Origin: Octopus sinensis
Taxonomy: Eukaryota
DNA length: 64,000 bases
Reading direction: 5' to 3'
Assembly (NCBI RefSeq): GCF_006345805.1
Contig: NC_042997.1
Coordinates: 124,806,001 to 124,870,000 of the forward strand
Shown: piece by piece, positions 29,752 through 44,400 of the stretch
Numbering within the stretch: the first letter of the stretch is position 1
How the letters are laid out: each line of letters opens with the position of its first letter
Position numbers and translations under genes: made by a program
The notes under the pieces: generated by a model
Databases searched by the model: none
Told to the model about the DNA's origin: nothing
Seen by the model: the letters and a program-made list of their open reading frames with translations, nothing else

Positions 29752-30065
29752 AGTAGAAGCACATGGCCTAGTCGTCAGAGCAGCGGACCTCGCGGTCGAG
29801 GGACCGCGGATTCGAATCTCAGACCCGGCGATGTGTGTGTTTATGAGCGAAACACTTAAGCTCCACGCGGCTCCAGCTGAAGGTAATGGCGAACTTCTGC
29901 TAACTCTTTTGCCACAACTTTCTCTCACTCTTTCCTCCAGCATCTTGCAGCTCACCTGCAACGGACCGGCGTTCCGTCCAGGTGGGGAACCTATACAACA
30001 AGTAAACCGGGAAACCGGCCCTTATGAGCCAGGTGTGGCTCGAGAAGAAAAAAACAACAAACAAC
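29752..30065 (+). mobile_element. tRNA-headed SINE family D
   Basis: Head tggcctagtcgtcagagcagcggac...ggattcgaatctc; A-rich caa tail. Confidence 0.75.
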
Positions 30066-30221
30066 AATTTTTATCCACACACCAGAATGTTAAAAATCAA
30101 AGCTGATCTGGGAACGATCAATAAATACAATAAGAAAAAAATTCAAAACCACCCGTCCTCTTAAATTTGTATACATTCTCACACAAGGAAGCTTACACAT
30201 ATATGTGAGCATATATATCGA

Positions 30222-30540
30222 TATCACAGTGATCACCGTGACCGATCAGGCTATAAGATGTTGCTACACATCGCTGGTCACAATGCGTTTCGCATTGTTT
30301 TAGCCTTCAAATGACACTACCCAGCTGGCTAAGCGAGTAGGCCAACAGAAGAAAGAGTGAAAGAAAGTTGTGGCGAAATAGTACAACAGGGATTGCTACC
30401 ACCAACCCCTGCCGTAATTTCGTAGAGCTTTAGATGTTTTCGCTCAATAAACACTCACAACGCCCGGTCTGGAAATCGAAACCGCGATCCTACGACTACG
30501 AATCCGCTGCCCTAACCACAGGGCCATTGTGCCTCCACAT
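30222..30540 (-). mobile_element. tRNA-headed SINE family E
   Basis: Near-identical layout to 31405-31700; head gtggaggcacaatggccctgtggttagggcagcgga. Confidence 0.8.
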
Positions 30541-30865
30541 ATACCGATATATGTATGAATTAATATATAGAAATATATAACTAACAGTCCGTCGGTTGCG
30601 AATATGAGGGTTCGAGTTTGTTCAATCAACGGGACAGCCTGCTTGTGAAATTAGCGTGCAAGTGATGCGCTTAACCGTAACGACGTTCTCGGTGAGATTT
30701 AGCGTGACACAGATTATGACAATGCTGGTTGATTGAATTTCAGGTATTACTAATTTTTGCCAGGTGAGTGGAGTGGAACAACGTGAAGTAAAATGTCTTT
30801 CTCAAGACACACAACGAGCCGCCAGGCATCGAACACATGACCTTATGATGGTGAGCCGAATATTC

Positions 30866-31320
30866 CTTTTTTTACTCTTTTTTACTTGTTTCAGTCATTT
30901 GACTGCGGCCATGCTGGAGCACCGCCTTTAGTCGAATCAAATCGACACCAGGACTTATTCTCTGTAAGCCTAGTACTTATTCTATCGGTCTTTTTTGCCG
31001 AACCGCAAGGTTACGGAGACGTAAACGCACCAGTATCGTTTGTCAAGCCATGTTGGGGGGAGAAACACAGACACAAACATGTACACACACATACATACAT
31101 ACATACATATATATAATTATATATATATATGTATGTATGTATATATATATACATGTATACGACAGGCTTCTTTCAGTTTCTTTCTACCAAATCCACTCAC
31201 AAGGCTTTGGTAGGCCCGAGGCGATAATAGAAGACACTTGCCAAAAGTGCCACGCAGTGGGACTGATTCCGGAACCATGTGGATGGTAAGCAAGCTATTT
31301 ACCACGCAGCGACTCCTGTG
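30866..31320 (-). mobile_element. SINE family A, full length
   Basis: Collinear with the other copies. Confidence 0.9.
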
Positions 31321-31377
31321 CTGTTATTTTTTTAATATTTGGTGTAAATCATGTGTGTGTGTGTGTGTGTGTATACG

Positions 31378-31404
<27 letters not shown>

Positions 31405-31412
<8 letters not shown>

Positions 31413-31697
31413 ATCACGTGACCGACCAGACCATCAGATGTTGCTACACATCGCTGGTCACAATGCGTTTGCATTGTTTTAGCCTTCGAATGACGCCACC
31501 CCGCTGGCAGAAAGAGCAAAAAGAGTGAGAGAAGGAGTGGTGAAAGAGTACAGTAGGGATCACTACCCCCTGCCGGAGCCTCGTACAGCTTTTTAGGTGT
31601 TTTCGCTCAATAAACACACACAACGCCCGGTCTAGGAATCGAAACCGCGACCCTACGACCGCGAGTCCGCTGCCCTAACCACTGGGCCATTGCGCCT

Positions 31698-31700
<3 letters not shown>
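31405..31700 (-). mobile_element. SINE family E
   Basis: Matches 30222-30540. Confidence 0.8.
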
Positions 31701-31740
<40 letters not shown>

Positions 31741-31778
31741 ATTATATATATATATATAATATATATATATATATAATA

Positions 31779-31842
<64 letters not shown>

Positions 31843-31843
31843 C

Positions 31844-31933
<90 letters not shown>

Positions 31934-32102
31934 ATATATATATATATATATCAGTGTGTGTGTAAGTAAACGCATGCCTGTGTATGAAATATACGTGCTC
32001 GAAAGTCTAACTTAAAATTCCTGAGCATAAATTTATACAAATATACATACATGTGCATCCACACAAACACATACATAATCGCGAACTCACACACATACAC
32101 AT

Positions 32103-32156
<54 letters not shown>

Positions 32157-32752
32157 CTATATACACACATAATGCAATAATCCAATACATCCCCAAAAAA
32201 TTCTACAAAGCCGCGCATTACCGAGCGAACATCAATCTCGTATGATTCTAAATCGCACTAAAATAATCATGTCTCTCTCTATCCGGAATCTCTCTAACCA
32301 AGTAGTCGGCTTAGATATACCGAACTGATAAAAGCTGTGTTTTATATTTGTCATTTAAGCCTTCATTTTGTCTTATGTTATTGCAGTTGTTGTTTTGCAT
32401 TTGGTGTAAATCTCTTTGCAATTTCAAATCCCTCAGGCGAGTCTCTACATTTTCAAAGCCAGAATGTATATATTTTTTAATAGGTATAACTTCGTTATTA
32501 GATGGGAATTGATAGTTCCGAAAGTAAATACTATTTAATCCGAATTACGTCATTAATACTATACAGATGTTTTACACCTCTGAGGTGTGTTATGATTACT
32601 TGTAAATTTCATTGTTTATTTTTATATATTTATGTATATATATATTTATTTGCTTTTGCCGTTTGATAATAATGCAGTGTTTCCAATTGTGCAATACACA
32701 TACACGCAGTTGTATGCACAGTCACGCTTACAAACATGTGTGTGAATGTATG

Positions 32753-32798
<46 letters not shown>

Positions 32799-34058
32799 AT
32801 TATATATTATATATATATACACATATGTGTATGTGTGTGTTTGTGCGCGTGCGTGTATATTTTATGAATATTTATCTATTTCTGTATATAGGGATAGATA
32901 TGTACATATATTTTTGCATATATAAATAGATGCATATATGTACATATGCATGGATGTATATATTCTATACACACACACACACCACATATATATATATATA
33001 TATATATATATAGATATATATATATATAAAATATATGATATATATACATATATGTATACACATATTCATAGATACATAAATACATAATACATATAAGCTG
33101 AAATGTTTAAACGTATGCAATTTATGTGTATGTATATGTGTACGTTTGTGTGTTGTACATATATATCTGCATTTGCATATATATATATGTGTGTATGTAT
33201 GTATGTATATACATACACACACACACAAACACACACACACAAACACGCGCACCCGCACACACATATATATCAACACATATATGCGTATATTTATAAAGCT
33301 ATGTATGAGTATATGTGTGTGTGTGTGGGTTTGTATATGCACGTATATGTATAAGTATATATGTATATACAATATAATTACATGTGCGTATGTATGTGCG
33401 TATTATAATGTATGATATCAGATATCACTAACGAACAATAGATATAATTTTTGTTCTTTAATTGTGATATGAAATAACTCAGAAGCAAGGTTTGTTATGC
33501 ACAGATATTCCACAGGGAAGAAAATTGGCCAATTAGTACAATTTCTTGAGAAATTGCCGCCAGTAGTGAAATGTTTTCTTCATAATCCTCTCAGTTGAAA
33601 CTTGACTCTTTTCCATTTAGATGGCAACATAATCTCGATGCTGATCTATTACAGCCTCACATGATCATATATTTTATATACCACAGTCTTAAATTTATGT
33701 TATTTATATTCTCACTCACTTACACAAACACGCGCGTGCACACCTACTTACACAAATTCGCTTGCGTATGTATGTATATATATATATTATTTTATTTGCT
33801 AAAAAAAATTTTGACACCTAGGTCTGACCGGAATAAAATAACAAGGTAAGATTTTTATTTTTCATTCCTTTTTGTAGATTGCTCTTAAATGTGGTTATGG
33901 TCGTTCTGACCGTTTCTTCTAGCGTGTAAATCTGCCTGTTGAAGGCAGTCTTCGCTTGTGTTTAAATATACACTATTTTATACTGAGAATATGTTGTCTA
34001 TTGACTTTTTATACATGCTAAGCCACTCGTAGTGCAATTACTAAAACAAATCACTACC

Positions 34059-34089
<31 letters not shown>

Positions 34090-34154
34090 ATATGTATATA
34101 TATGTATATATATATGTGTATGTGTGTATGCATATATATATATATATATATACA

Positions 34155-34195
<41 letters not shown>

Positions 34196-34334
34196 GTATA
34201 TACTCGTACACGTACATACAGGCGCGCACACATACACTCACGCAAACACGCACATACACTCAGGCACGCATGCACACACCCATACACACACACGTACGCA
34301 CGCACACACCCATATACATACGCGCACACACGCA

Positions 34335-34391
<57 letters not shown>

Positions 34392-34395
34392 GAGC
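31700..34395. repeat. Microsatellite-rich field (TA, CA and TG arrays)
   Basis: Directly visible; source of many spurious low-complexity ORFs. Confidence 0.85.
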
Positions 34396-34599
34396 AATGT
34401 GTGTGGCACTAATAGAAACACATCTGAATGCTGACATACCAGGTGCTACGACACGTACCAAAGTATACTGTATGTCGAACAGACAGGAGAGAAAGAGCTC
34501 GTTGTGGAGTGACATGTACATCCTGGAAGACCTCATCTCTGTAGTCCTGCTGCCACACTCAAACACAGTTTGTGACGCTCCGGTAGTACATTAAACAAA

Positions 34600-34958
34600 A
34601 CGATAATATACACTACATGTTGCCCGCCAGCTGCTTTAATCATGGAGTGTCTCAAAAAGTTGGAGGAAATATTAACCAATCTAGATGACAGCCGTCATAT
34701 ATTTCTTCTAAGGGACTTCAACCTCCTCAATGTTGAACGGGCTGAGAGTAGCCTACTCTATGGCAAGTCACTGCAAGTACAAAGGCAAGCTGAGAAAGTG
34801 ACCGAACTTGTTCTTTATGGAGCAACAAGTGGTAAAAATATCTTGCACCTCTGTTTCACTAATAATGCGGCGTTCCCCCATAGTGTTAAGGTGACACCGA
34901 TGATTATCTCGAACCCTAACTTAATAGTACCAACAGTTTATAAAAATATGTATGAGGA

Positions 34959-35005
<47 letters not shown>

Positions 35006-37030
35006 TATGAATGTGTGTGTGTGGTGTAAGTGCATGTGTGTGTGTGTGGTTATGCATATGTACTGTGGGCATGCTAGCTACTAGAAGTACTGAAATGCTT
35101 TCCGGCCCAAACTAGGGACGGGTATTTAGGAAGAGATCCTGGAACAAAATTGCTCTACAGTCTCTACGCAAGATATCGACATAAAGCTATAGAATCTTAT
35201 GACCATCATGCAGGGCATATGCAATAATTTTGTTCGAAAGTAAAGGTCCACCCGACAGAAAAACATGATCCCAGACATAGGAAGATTCTAATGAGACGAC
35301 GAACAAAGATCTCGAACTGTCTAAGTCTGCCACTAAATGATAGCAAATATTACCATCTCAAACAAACTCTGCTTGAGATTGTAATCGAACTCAAACACTC
35401 CCATGAAAAAGAGAGGAAAGAGCAGGAAGCCAGAGCTGTATAAAATGCAAACAACTCCTGAAGGTTTCTCTAGATATCCAAGTTCTGCTACAGTAATGGG
35501 CTGCTGCTCGAAGAAATTGTCTCACTGACTGTAGATCCCTAGAGGATAAGTGAAATACTGAGTGCGCATTACACGAATGTTTTCACAACTCCGTTGGGAC
35601 ATTTGCAAATATATCTTTGCCGGATGAGTTCTTCGGCACCATACACTAAGAGATGGTGACTATTGATTACATCGAAATAAAGGAAGCCAATGTGGTATCA
35701 GCTTTAACTCAGCCATAGTCCTTGTTGGATTCTTAGTAAACCTCTTAGAGAAACGCAAAGTGGTTCTAGCATCACCACTACAGATATTTTCCAAAGCTTC
35801 CTTTGCAATTGGGAGACTTCTCAAAAAGTTAAAGGAAGGCATAATGAGTCCTATCCATAAATGAGGTAACAGGGTGGATGCTAAAGATTATAGACCTACC
35901 TGGCTAACCACATATGTCATCAAAGTCATTGAACGTATTTTCTGGAAGAGGTTGATCACGTTCCTAGAAGATAATGACATACTCCTTAAAACCCAGCATG
36001 GCTTCCGTTCAAGAAGATTGCCTTACATAGCTTTAGCAGCATTATGATTGGTTGTTAAAACAGTAACGCAACTGTGGATGTCATACATCTCAATTTTCTA
36101 AAAGACTTTGATAAGTTTGCTCAAGGGATGAAATGTCACAAGCTACGAAAACTCGGAATGTTTGGAAAACTAGGAGAAGTAACATGATTTCTTAATAGAG
36201 AGAAACCAGGCTGCCGCAGCCAATTACTTAGTAATAGCGAGTGGGGTAGCTTAGAGATTTTTCGCGGATGCGCTGGTGTTTCGATAGTGGCTCTTTCAGA
36301 TATATCATCAGTCAATCAGTTACACAGACAACCACACTCACTAGCTGTGCAGAAGACACAGAAATAGTACAAGCAGTCAAGGATACTCCCAATGTTAATT
36401 TTCTACAGAAAGCCCATGATGTCATATATAAATGGGTCGAAGGAAACAACATGCAATTAAATGGAGAAAAATTCCAAGCTCTCCTTTATAAGCTAACGGG
36501 TGCTAATAGGTTACAACAAAGATACTTTGAACCAAAAGGAGCAGCAATTCCAGAATCGTGTACAGTGCGTGGTCAGAGTTTTGATTTGAGCAACAACGCC
36601 TAGTTTTATGTGCATATCACCAGTTAGTGGACATGTGTTGTCGTATGGTCGGATGTATTCTGAGAACTTTCAGAATTAGGTATCAGGTAGCTATGCTGGT
36701 TCTATGGAGAACAATTGTCCTCAGCCGTCTGGGCTACTGTTCGCAAAGTTGCCACCCCATAGTAAGTTCAGAGGTATCAGATAAGGAAGCTTACATCAAC
36801 GGAACAGCTGAGCTACTGAAAGAGACTGAAGGGGCTACGACTCTATTCCCAGGAACGAATGTGATAGGGATATGCAGTAATATACTTATGGACGGTCCTC
36901 GAGGGGATGGCACCAAACTATGGGGTATCGAGAACAATATCAGCTCATGAACTGGACACTACCGCACTTATATAACAAAATGTGCGAAAGATCAGTTGTA
37001 CCTGTGTTTATGAGACAAAATTACATCTGA
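34600..37030 (+). mobile_element. Highly degenerate CR1-group LINE (end of APE plus RT)
   Basis: Fragments TSGKNILHLCFTN, IMSPIHK*GNRVDAKDYRP, LKTQHGFRS, FSKDFDK, SCAEDTEI (FADDT-like) and WVEGNNMQLNGEKFQ. Confidence 0.75.
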
Positions 37031-38360
37031 GAATCTATTAAGTAATGAGGCGTTGTGAGGTCGAAGAATGGTTAACGGTTATTTTAAACATAATGTACAC
37101 GTACCGATGTTTGCATTGTATGAAGGTTCCTGACTTACTATGAACCAGGATAGAGTATATACAATATTTTGAGATTTAAGGTTGCGTATATAAATTGTTA
37201 GGAGGTTGATAATTAAGAATTTGGATATGAGAAAGAGTTCATGTGTGTACAGTAGCATCGCTTGACATCAACTGTGCCGTCGATATATACCCTTGCTTGG
37301 TGGGGGCGTGGTGATATAACGCGACACTTGTAGACTACATTTTTCCGTAGACAGTTGTGAAACCCGACGATTGCTAGTTTGCCTACCTGCTCCGTGGTTG
37401 GAGTTTATTGTTGTAATTTATTTCTTTGAAAACCGATGTGAATGAGTCAGTTATGTCTCTTGGTCGAGACAGAATTCACATATCACCACACCAAGATGAA
37501 ATCCACATTTCTGTCCACGATGTCAGGGTGGATTTCGCGTGAACCCTCAACTTTGCGAGCGGATGCTACTGAATATCTCTCTTATTTTATTTTTGCTTAT
37601 TTCAGTCTTTGGACTGTGACCAAGCTGGAGCACTGCATTTAAGTCGGCGCCAGTACTTTTCTGAAAGTCTAGTACCACTTTTGACGTGTACGAACCGCTA
37701 AGTTCGCGAGCCAAATGCAAAACCGAAATACATATGTGTGTGTGTGCATACGTATACACACACACATATACATACACGCATACACTCACCCTCACACACA
37801 CACATATACATATGTATAAGTGAGTGCGTGCGTATGTGCATAGTGTGTCAGTGAATTATGTGTGCATACGTATGTGTATAATGTGTGTGTGTGTGTGTAT
37901 TGGTGTGCGTCTCTACTCATGTGTGAGCGTGCGCATGTATGTGTGCTTCTTTGAGACTTATTTTAATTTAATAGTTTACAGAATGCAATCTCTACTAAAG
38001 TGGCAAGGGTCTTTTCATTAAGTCGAGACGATTTCGCAACTTCTGAATTGTGCAATGTGCTTAAATAAGTGTATGTTTCATTATTGTTTATGTCTGTGTG
38101 TTTGTCTGTGCATAGATTCACAATTAATATTTGACTGTGTAAGCATTTTTAAACTGGGAACTCAGAAGGGAACATTCATGAAATGCTTCCCAAATCACCA
38201 TTGTGTCCCAACTAAGTGTATTTGGAGAAGGTAAATCATCTTGATATTTTCCTTTTTCTCTTCTCCAAAAGTCTGGAAGTTTGCATATAGATCTAATGCG
38301 TCATAAGGCAGTGCAGTAAATATATAACTACAATTGATATATATGTATCTATATATCTAT

Positions 38361-38745
38361 ATAGGCGCAGGAGTGGCTGTGTGGTAAGTAACTTGCTTAC
38401 CAATCACATGGTTTCAGGTTCATTCCCACTGCGTGACACCTTGGGCCGACCTAAGCCTTAAGAGTGTATTTGGTAGACGGAAACTGAAAGAAGCCCGTCG
38501 TATATATGTGTATGTATATGTTTGTGTGTCTGTGTTTTTTTTCCTCCAACACCGCTTGACAACCGATGGTGGTTGTTTACGTCCCCGTAACTTAACGGTT
38601 CTGGTTAAGAGACTGATAGAATAAGTACTAAGCTTACAAAGAATAAGTCAGGGGTCGATTTGCTCGAGTAAAGGCGGTGCTCCAACATGGCCCCAGTCAA
38701 ATGGCTGAAATGCGTAAAAGGGTAAATAGTAAAGAGTAAAGAGTA
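38361..38745 (+). mobile_element. SINE family A
   Basis: Head ataggcgcaggagtggctgtgtggtaag; tail gtaaagagta. Confidence 0.9.
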
Positions 38746-39924
38746 TATGTTTGTACATATGGATATATTCATGTATGTGCAAGTATATACATATCTGTAT
38801 ATCTCTATGTTTATGCCTGTATATATGTATATGTTTGTGTACGTGTTTGTACGTTTGTATGAATGTATACATATGAATATATGTGTATATATGTTTTCTT
38901 ATGTCTGTTGCTGTAAAAAAAGTTTTCATAAAAACTTTATGATGTCTTAATAATTACATGTATATTATACTAAATTTTATTCAAATAAACCAACGATAAA
39001 ATTGATGTTTATATAACTAACATAGTATTACTAAGTATATCTAATTATAATTGTAATACGATAACTTTATATGTAAATTTAAAAGCCGATTCAACGTTTG
39101 AAATATTCTCCAGTTTTGATTTCCTATCTGAGTCTGCGGTATATTATTATATGACAATTATTAGAATTCCAGCAGATTTGAGAGTCCACCAAATTCTTCT
39201 GAACTGGTAATCGATATTCTACACAAGGGAAAGTTACTGTTAAATACATATGTGAGTGTGTTTGTGTGTAGCATACCTTACCTCCAGTATATATGAAAGC
39301 ATATGTATCATACCTTACCTCAACTCTGTGTGTGAATGTGCGTGTGTACACACACACACATATACGTATATAATATATATATATATAATATATATATATA
39401 TAATATATATATATATAATAAATTCATAAATAAATAAAACATATGCATATATACATACATATATGTACGTACCTACCTCTACATGTTTATATACATGCAT
39501 ATATATGGGTACAGGACACCCAAAAAACGTCGAACACAATGAGAAACGAAAACATAAACACAAAACCAAGGAATGGACATTTTTCTTAAACAACGAAAAA
39601 ATAGAGTACTAGACATACAAAACAAGGAAAATTCCCCTTCTTCAGTCGCCTTTGTTTCATCTACTCCACATTTCGAAGGTCAAGGCGATACATGACATAA
39701 ATGAAACAATCCTTCCCACGAAAATCAAATTAAATAAAATTTGAGATTTTTTGCGGAGGGGAAAAATGGTAACAAAAACAGGACAGTAACGACAGTACAA
39801 AATATAAACAGTAAAAGACAGGACAAACAGGACAAGGAGATGAATGTAGGTATGTATATAAGTATGTGAGTATACGCCCTGCTTTTCCTCAGTTCAAAAA
39901 TTTAAGCATTTTCCGTGACCTTTT

Positions 39925-40388
39925 CTGGTGTGTGCCTATACCATCATTTTTCTGTTGTTATTCCATAGTGTTGACATAGCCTCCACTATATATAGGTCCC
40001 AACTCTGTCTCATCTGTAAATATATTCCTGTGCTGCCAGAGACAGTGTGGTTGATTGTTTCTTGTCCATCTCCACATATTCTGCAGTTACATGTTATGTT
40101 TCTTTTCATTGTATGTTTTTGGCAATTTCTGGAGGGGAGGCTTAGGCCTGTGCTGCAATTAAAAATCATTCAGTCTCTGCTGTGAGTCCTGAGCTTCTCA
40201 GCCATTGTTGGCATTTTGTTTTGTCTATTTCCTTTGCTTTTAGTTTAACTAACCCAGTATTTGCTATGAAGAGACTTTTCTTGCCATCGTTTTACCATGA
40301 TCCGTTGCTGTTCCAGTTTTAGTGTGAATTTCAGTTGTTTTATAGCGTTTGTTGTTTTTCTTCATAGTTGTTGAGTAGCATGATATCT
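39925..40388 (-). mobile_element. Second R4/Dong-like fragment (CCHC region), 5' end abutting an (AAT)n run
   Basis: Minus strand reads LRSSGLTAETE*FLIAAQ...CRICGDGQETINHTVSG; the AAT run is at about 40389-40420. Confidence 0.7.
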
Positions 40389-40430
40389 TTATTATTATAA
40401 TTATAATTATTATTATTATTTTCGTTGCAT

Positions 40431-40860
40431 CTTGCAACCTTTTCAATAGTTAAGACTATTGAAAATGTTGCAAGAGGCAAGGAAAATAAAAATAAGGAAA
40501 AAGTGGAAATTTTACCGGTGAGTGTGTTAAATTATGAGACACAAAAAGAAAATGACTCTCCCCAGACACAACAGAATATGCTTCAACACACGAACTCACA
40601 TAAAGAATCTTGCAAACCAAATCCAAAAACGAAATACAAAAGCACACGCAGCCCATATTCGTTCGTCACACAATTATTACTGCTCTTATTTTAATTTGTG
40701 TCCATTTTCTGGAAATCTTTCGTCACACATTTATGGTCTCTTCCACTACTTTTCTATCCTCCTGCTTTTTTTTCTGTTTTATTTACTCCAGAATTCTGAA
40801 CTAATGGAGAGTGAAGACGTCACAGATATTTGACGAAAGATTACCAGACAATGGACATAA
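40431..40860. repeat. Dispersed repeat family F with fold-back end
   Basis: Matches 55972-56165; 20-bp inverted arms at 40431-40450 and 40455-40474. Confidence 0.75.
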
Positions 40861-40988
40861 GACAAAATAATAAAAATAATATACGAGTGAAAAATGAATT
40901 GTGCGGGTCTTTATTTGACAATAAATAAATACCATCTCACGAAATATAACAGTGTGTGTGTTTGTGTACGTATACATTGTATAAATAG

Positions 40989-41055
<67 letters not shown>

Positions 41056-41481
41056 TATGTTTCTTTATTAGCCACACAGGGTGCACACAGATAGAACAAA
41101 TTACAAGGTAGAGCTTTTCTTTTGAAGGTTAAAAAAATAAAAAATAAAAATAAAAAAAAATAAAAAATAGAAAAAATAAAATAAAATAAAAAATAAAATA
41201 AAAAAAGGGGGGGTCGATCAAAAGGGATCGTAAAAGGAGAGAAAGAGGACAAAAAAAAAGGGGGGGTTAAAAAAAAGGGGGAGAGGAAAAAAAATTGATC
41301 AATAGGGATCGTTATCACAGAAATGTCAATATGAAGTGTAAAGGGGGGACAGGTGAGGTTTACCCGTGGAAAGAAAAGCCTACGGAAAAGACCACGGTAA
41401 CCTCGGTCAATGAAGTCACATGTTATATTTTTTTTTTTTTTTTTTTGCAAATAAGCAACTCTCTGTATTAATTTTTACGGT

Positions 41482-44400
41482 TCATAGAATCATAGTCAAG
41501 GTGGCTTCGTCATTCATACGTGCCATTCTTGCTACATTCACCCATCTTTTTTTAAAACATTCACTAGACAAAACTTGCCTCTCTACTCTCACTTTTTTCT
41601 TCAAGTGATACTTGAAGAAGTTGATGAGAGATTGACCAGAGAGGAAAGTGTTTGTCTCTAATCCTTTCAGACGCGTCCACCAGATACATTCTTTCGCCAT
41701 AGCCACAAGTATGATAAAATTAGCTCTTCCTTCCCGTTTGAAGGAAGGAGGCGTGACGATATTAACGATAGACTCGGCTGATAAACCGACACGTCCCACA
41801 CGTGACAGCAGTCGTTCGACATAAGCCCACAGGTGGGAAATTGCTGGACACTGCACGATTGCGTGCAGAGCGGTTTCGTCGCTCTGCCCGCATCTCGGGC
41901 AGGTCGGCCCCGTGTTTCTCGAGCCATGCCTATAGAGCTTATCCCGAACGGGTAGCGCTTCTCGGTAGCACCGCCAGGCCAGGGATCTCTGGAAGTTGTC
42001 CATAGGTCCGGGCCGAAAGTCGTTTGAAACAGGCGGGTCAGGTATTCCTCGTCGACGCCCAGGTTTGCCCCGAGCTCGTCGTCGTACCTCCCCTCCACTA
42101 ATCCCCTATAGAATGCTTTGGTTGTGTTGAAGTCACTCAAGGTCGACCGGGACGGCAGAGTTGCTTGAGAGCAACGCGACACTCGCGGTGCCATTCGCCC
42201 TTCTTCGGCCTCTTTTTGATCCACGACTGTAGTTCGGTCATGGAGACGAGTTGCGGGAATGCGTGCCTCACAAACGGCGACCACACCTGTTCACCGTCGT
42301 CTACATAGAGCCGGAGATGTCGCAGTCTCAGCGCGTGTCTGCGCATCATCAACCACGGCATGCCCAGCCCTCCTTTTAACGGGTGTTGACAGCAAATGGA
42401 TCGCCTGACCATCGGGACGCATCCTTTCCACAAGAAGCGGAAGAGGATGCGTTCTAGTTTGGTGATGGTAGGGTCGGGACAAGGTACGACGGTCAGGCGG
42501 TAGTAGATGATGGACGCGATGTACGCGTTCACCACCTCCGCCCGACCTTTTAGGGACAGTTTCCTCTCGGCCCATTGCTGGGCGAGAGTGACCACCCTAC
42601 TCGTTATCTCGTTCCAGTTCTTCTCCATTTGGAGGTCCGGACCGAACCAGACCCCGAGCAACTCAACCGGGCCGTCTGTCCAGCGTCCCACGACGGAGGT
42701 ACTGGTGGACGGCATGGGTTGCTTCTCCAGGTGCCGAGCCGCAAGCCCACTGACTTTTCCCGGTTGATTTTTGCTCCTGTCACCGCTTCGTAGTCTTTCA
42801 GTGTCTCGCCGACCCGCTCGATGTGCTCGTGGCTTGACACTATGACGGTGACGTCGTCCGCGTATGCAGACACGCTCGTCCCGCATCCTAATTCTCGCGG
42901 GATGCCCCTCAGAGTCGCCAGCTTCCGCAGTAGTGGCTCAAGAGTCAATACGTATAGAAGCGCCGAGAGGGGGCATCCCTGACGGACCGAACGTGCAATG
43001 TCGAAGGGTCTCGATAGATGTCCATTTACGCGAATTACCGAACGGATGCCTCTGTACAAGGCAGCTATCCAGCCGCGGAAGACGGGACCGAAACCAGCCG
43101 CTCTCAGGACTGCCTCCAAGTATCGATGGTCTACCCTATCAAAGGCTTTCGATTGATCCAAGTTGATCAGGGCCCCACCCATGCCAGGTTCGTTAACTAC
43201 CCTGTCTATGATGTAGCGCATCAGATGGAGGTTGTCATGGATGCTCCGGCCCGGCACGGCGCACGTTTGTGCGTTGTCGACCAGTTTCTCCATGACAAGC
43301 GCCAACCTCTTGGCTAACACCTTTGTCAAAATTTTCAGGTCTGCATTGAGCAGAGTGATTGGCCTAAAGTTATCTATAATGTTTCCCTTGTTTGGATCTT
43401 TCTTCAGCAGAGTTACAGCTCCTCGACTCACAAAACCGGGTATGCTCCCGTTTTGCTGCCAGTTGCAGTATACCGCTGCCAAGACGTCTCCAAACAAGTC
43501 TGGCATACAATAGTAAAATTCGTAGGGTAGACCATCCAAACCCGGTGATTTGTCCCTCGAGCATTCTGCCATCGCTTCCCGCACTTCCGCCGCCGTGATG
43601 GCACCTTCGCAGCACCCTGCCTTTCTTGTCGAGAGTCGTGGCAGGCTATGTAGGTAGGCACTGAAGTCTACCCTACGTTCTTGCCCTCCACTCGTCCCGA
43701 ACAGTCGGGCAAAATGCTGCTGAAAGGCCTCACACATTTTACTTGGCTCGAGCAATTCGCGCCCCTGTTCATCTACCAGTGACCGAATGGTGGCTTTGTT
43801 GCCCTGTTGCGCCTCTGCCACCCGGGCCTCTCTCGCGGCTCCAACACCTTCGTTCCTTAGAGCACGCATCCTAGCTCTGACAGCACATCCTTCGTGTTTG
43901 GCGTTGAAGTGTTGGTCGAGGGCCAACCTCGCCGCCAAAACGTCGGATGCGATGCCGCTTCTAATTGCCTCTTCTAGCTTCTTAACTAGCTCACCCTCTA
44001 CTCTATTTCTATCTATGGCTAGTGCTTTGCTGTACCTAATCGCTTCTGCTTTTACTGCTCTCTTGAGGGCAAAACACCATTTGTTGTTGATGATGGCTCC
44101 CGTCAAAGCCCTCTTTACTAGTGTGCTAATCCGGTCTCTGAAAACTTGTCTGGACGGGAATGATGCGTTCAGTTTCCAGTACCCAGGACCCTGTCTATGT
44201 GCCTTATCTAAGTCTAGCGTACACGTCACCAATTTGTGATCCGTGTAGTTGACTGTGTGGAATTGTGGACATCCTAAGTTATCCTTGTCTACTGTCCTAC
44301 ACAGTATCCTATCTAGATACGATCTCGACGACCCACTGCGGTTGCTCATTGTCCACGTTGGTGCATTTGGGTGGTCGAGTCGGTACCTGTCAGACAGTTG

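Noticed and set aside
37194-37552. Possible solo LTR (tgttagg...ccctcaac)
   Set aside because: No terminal CA, TSD or second copy visible.
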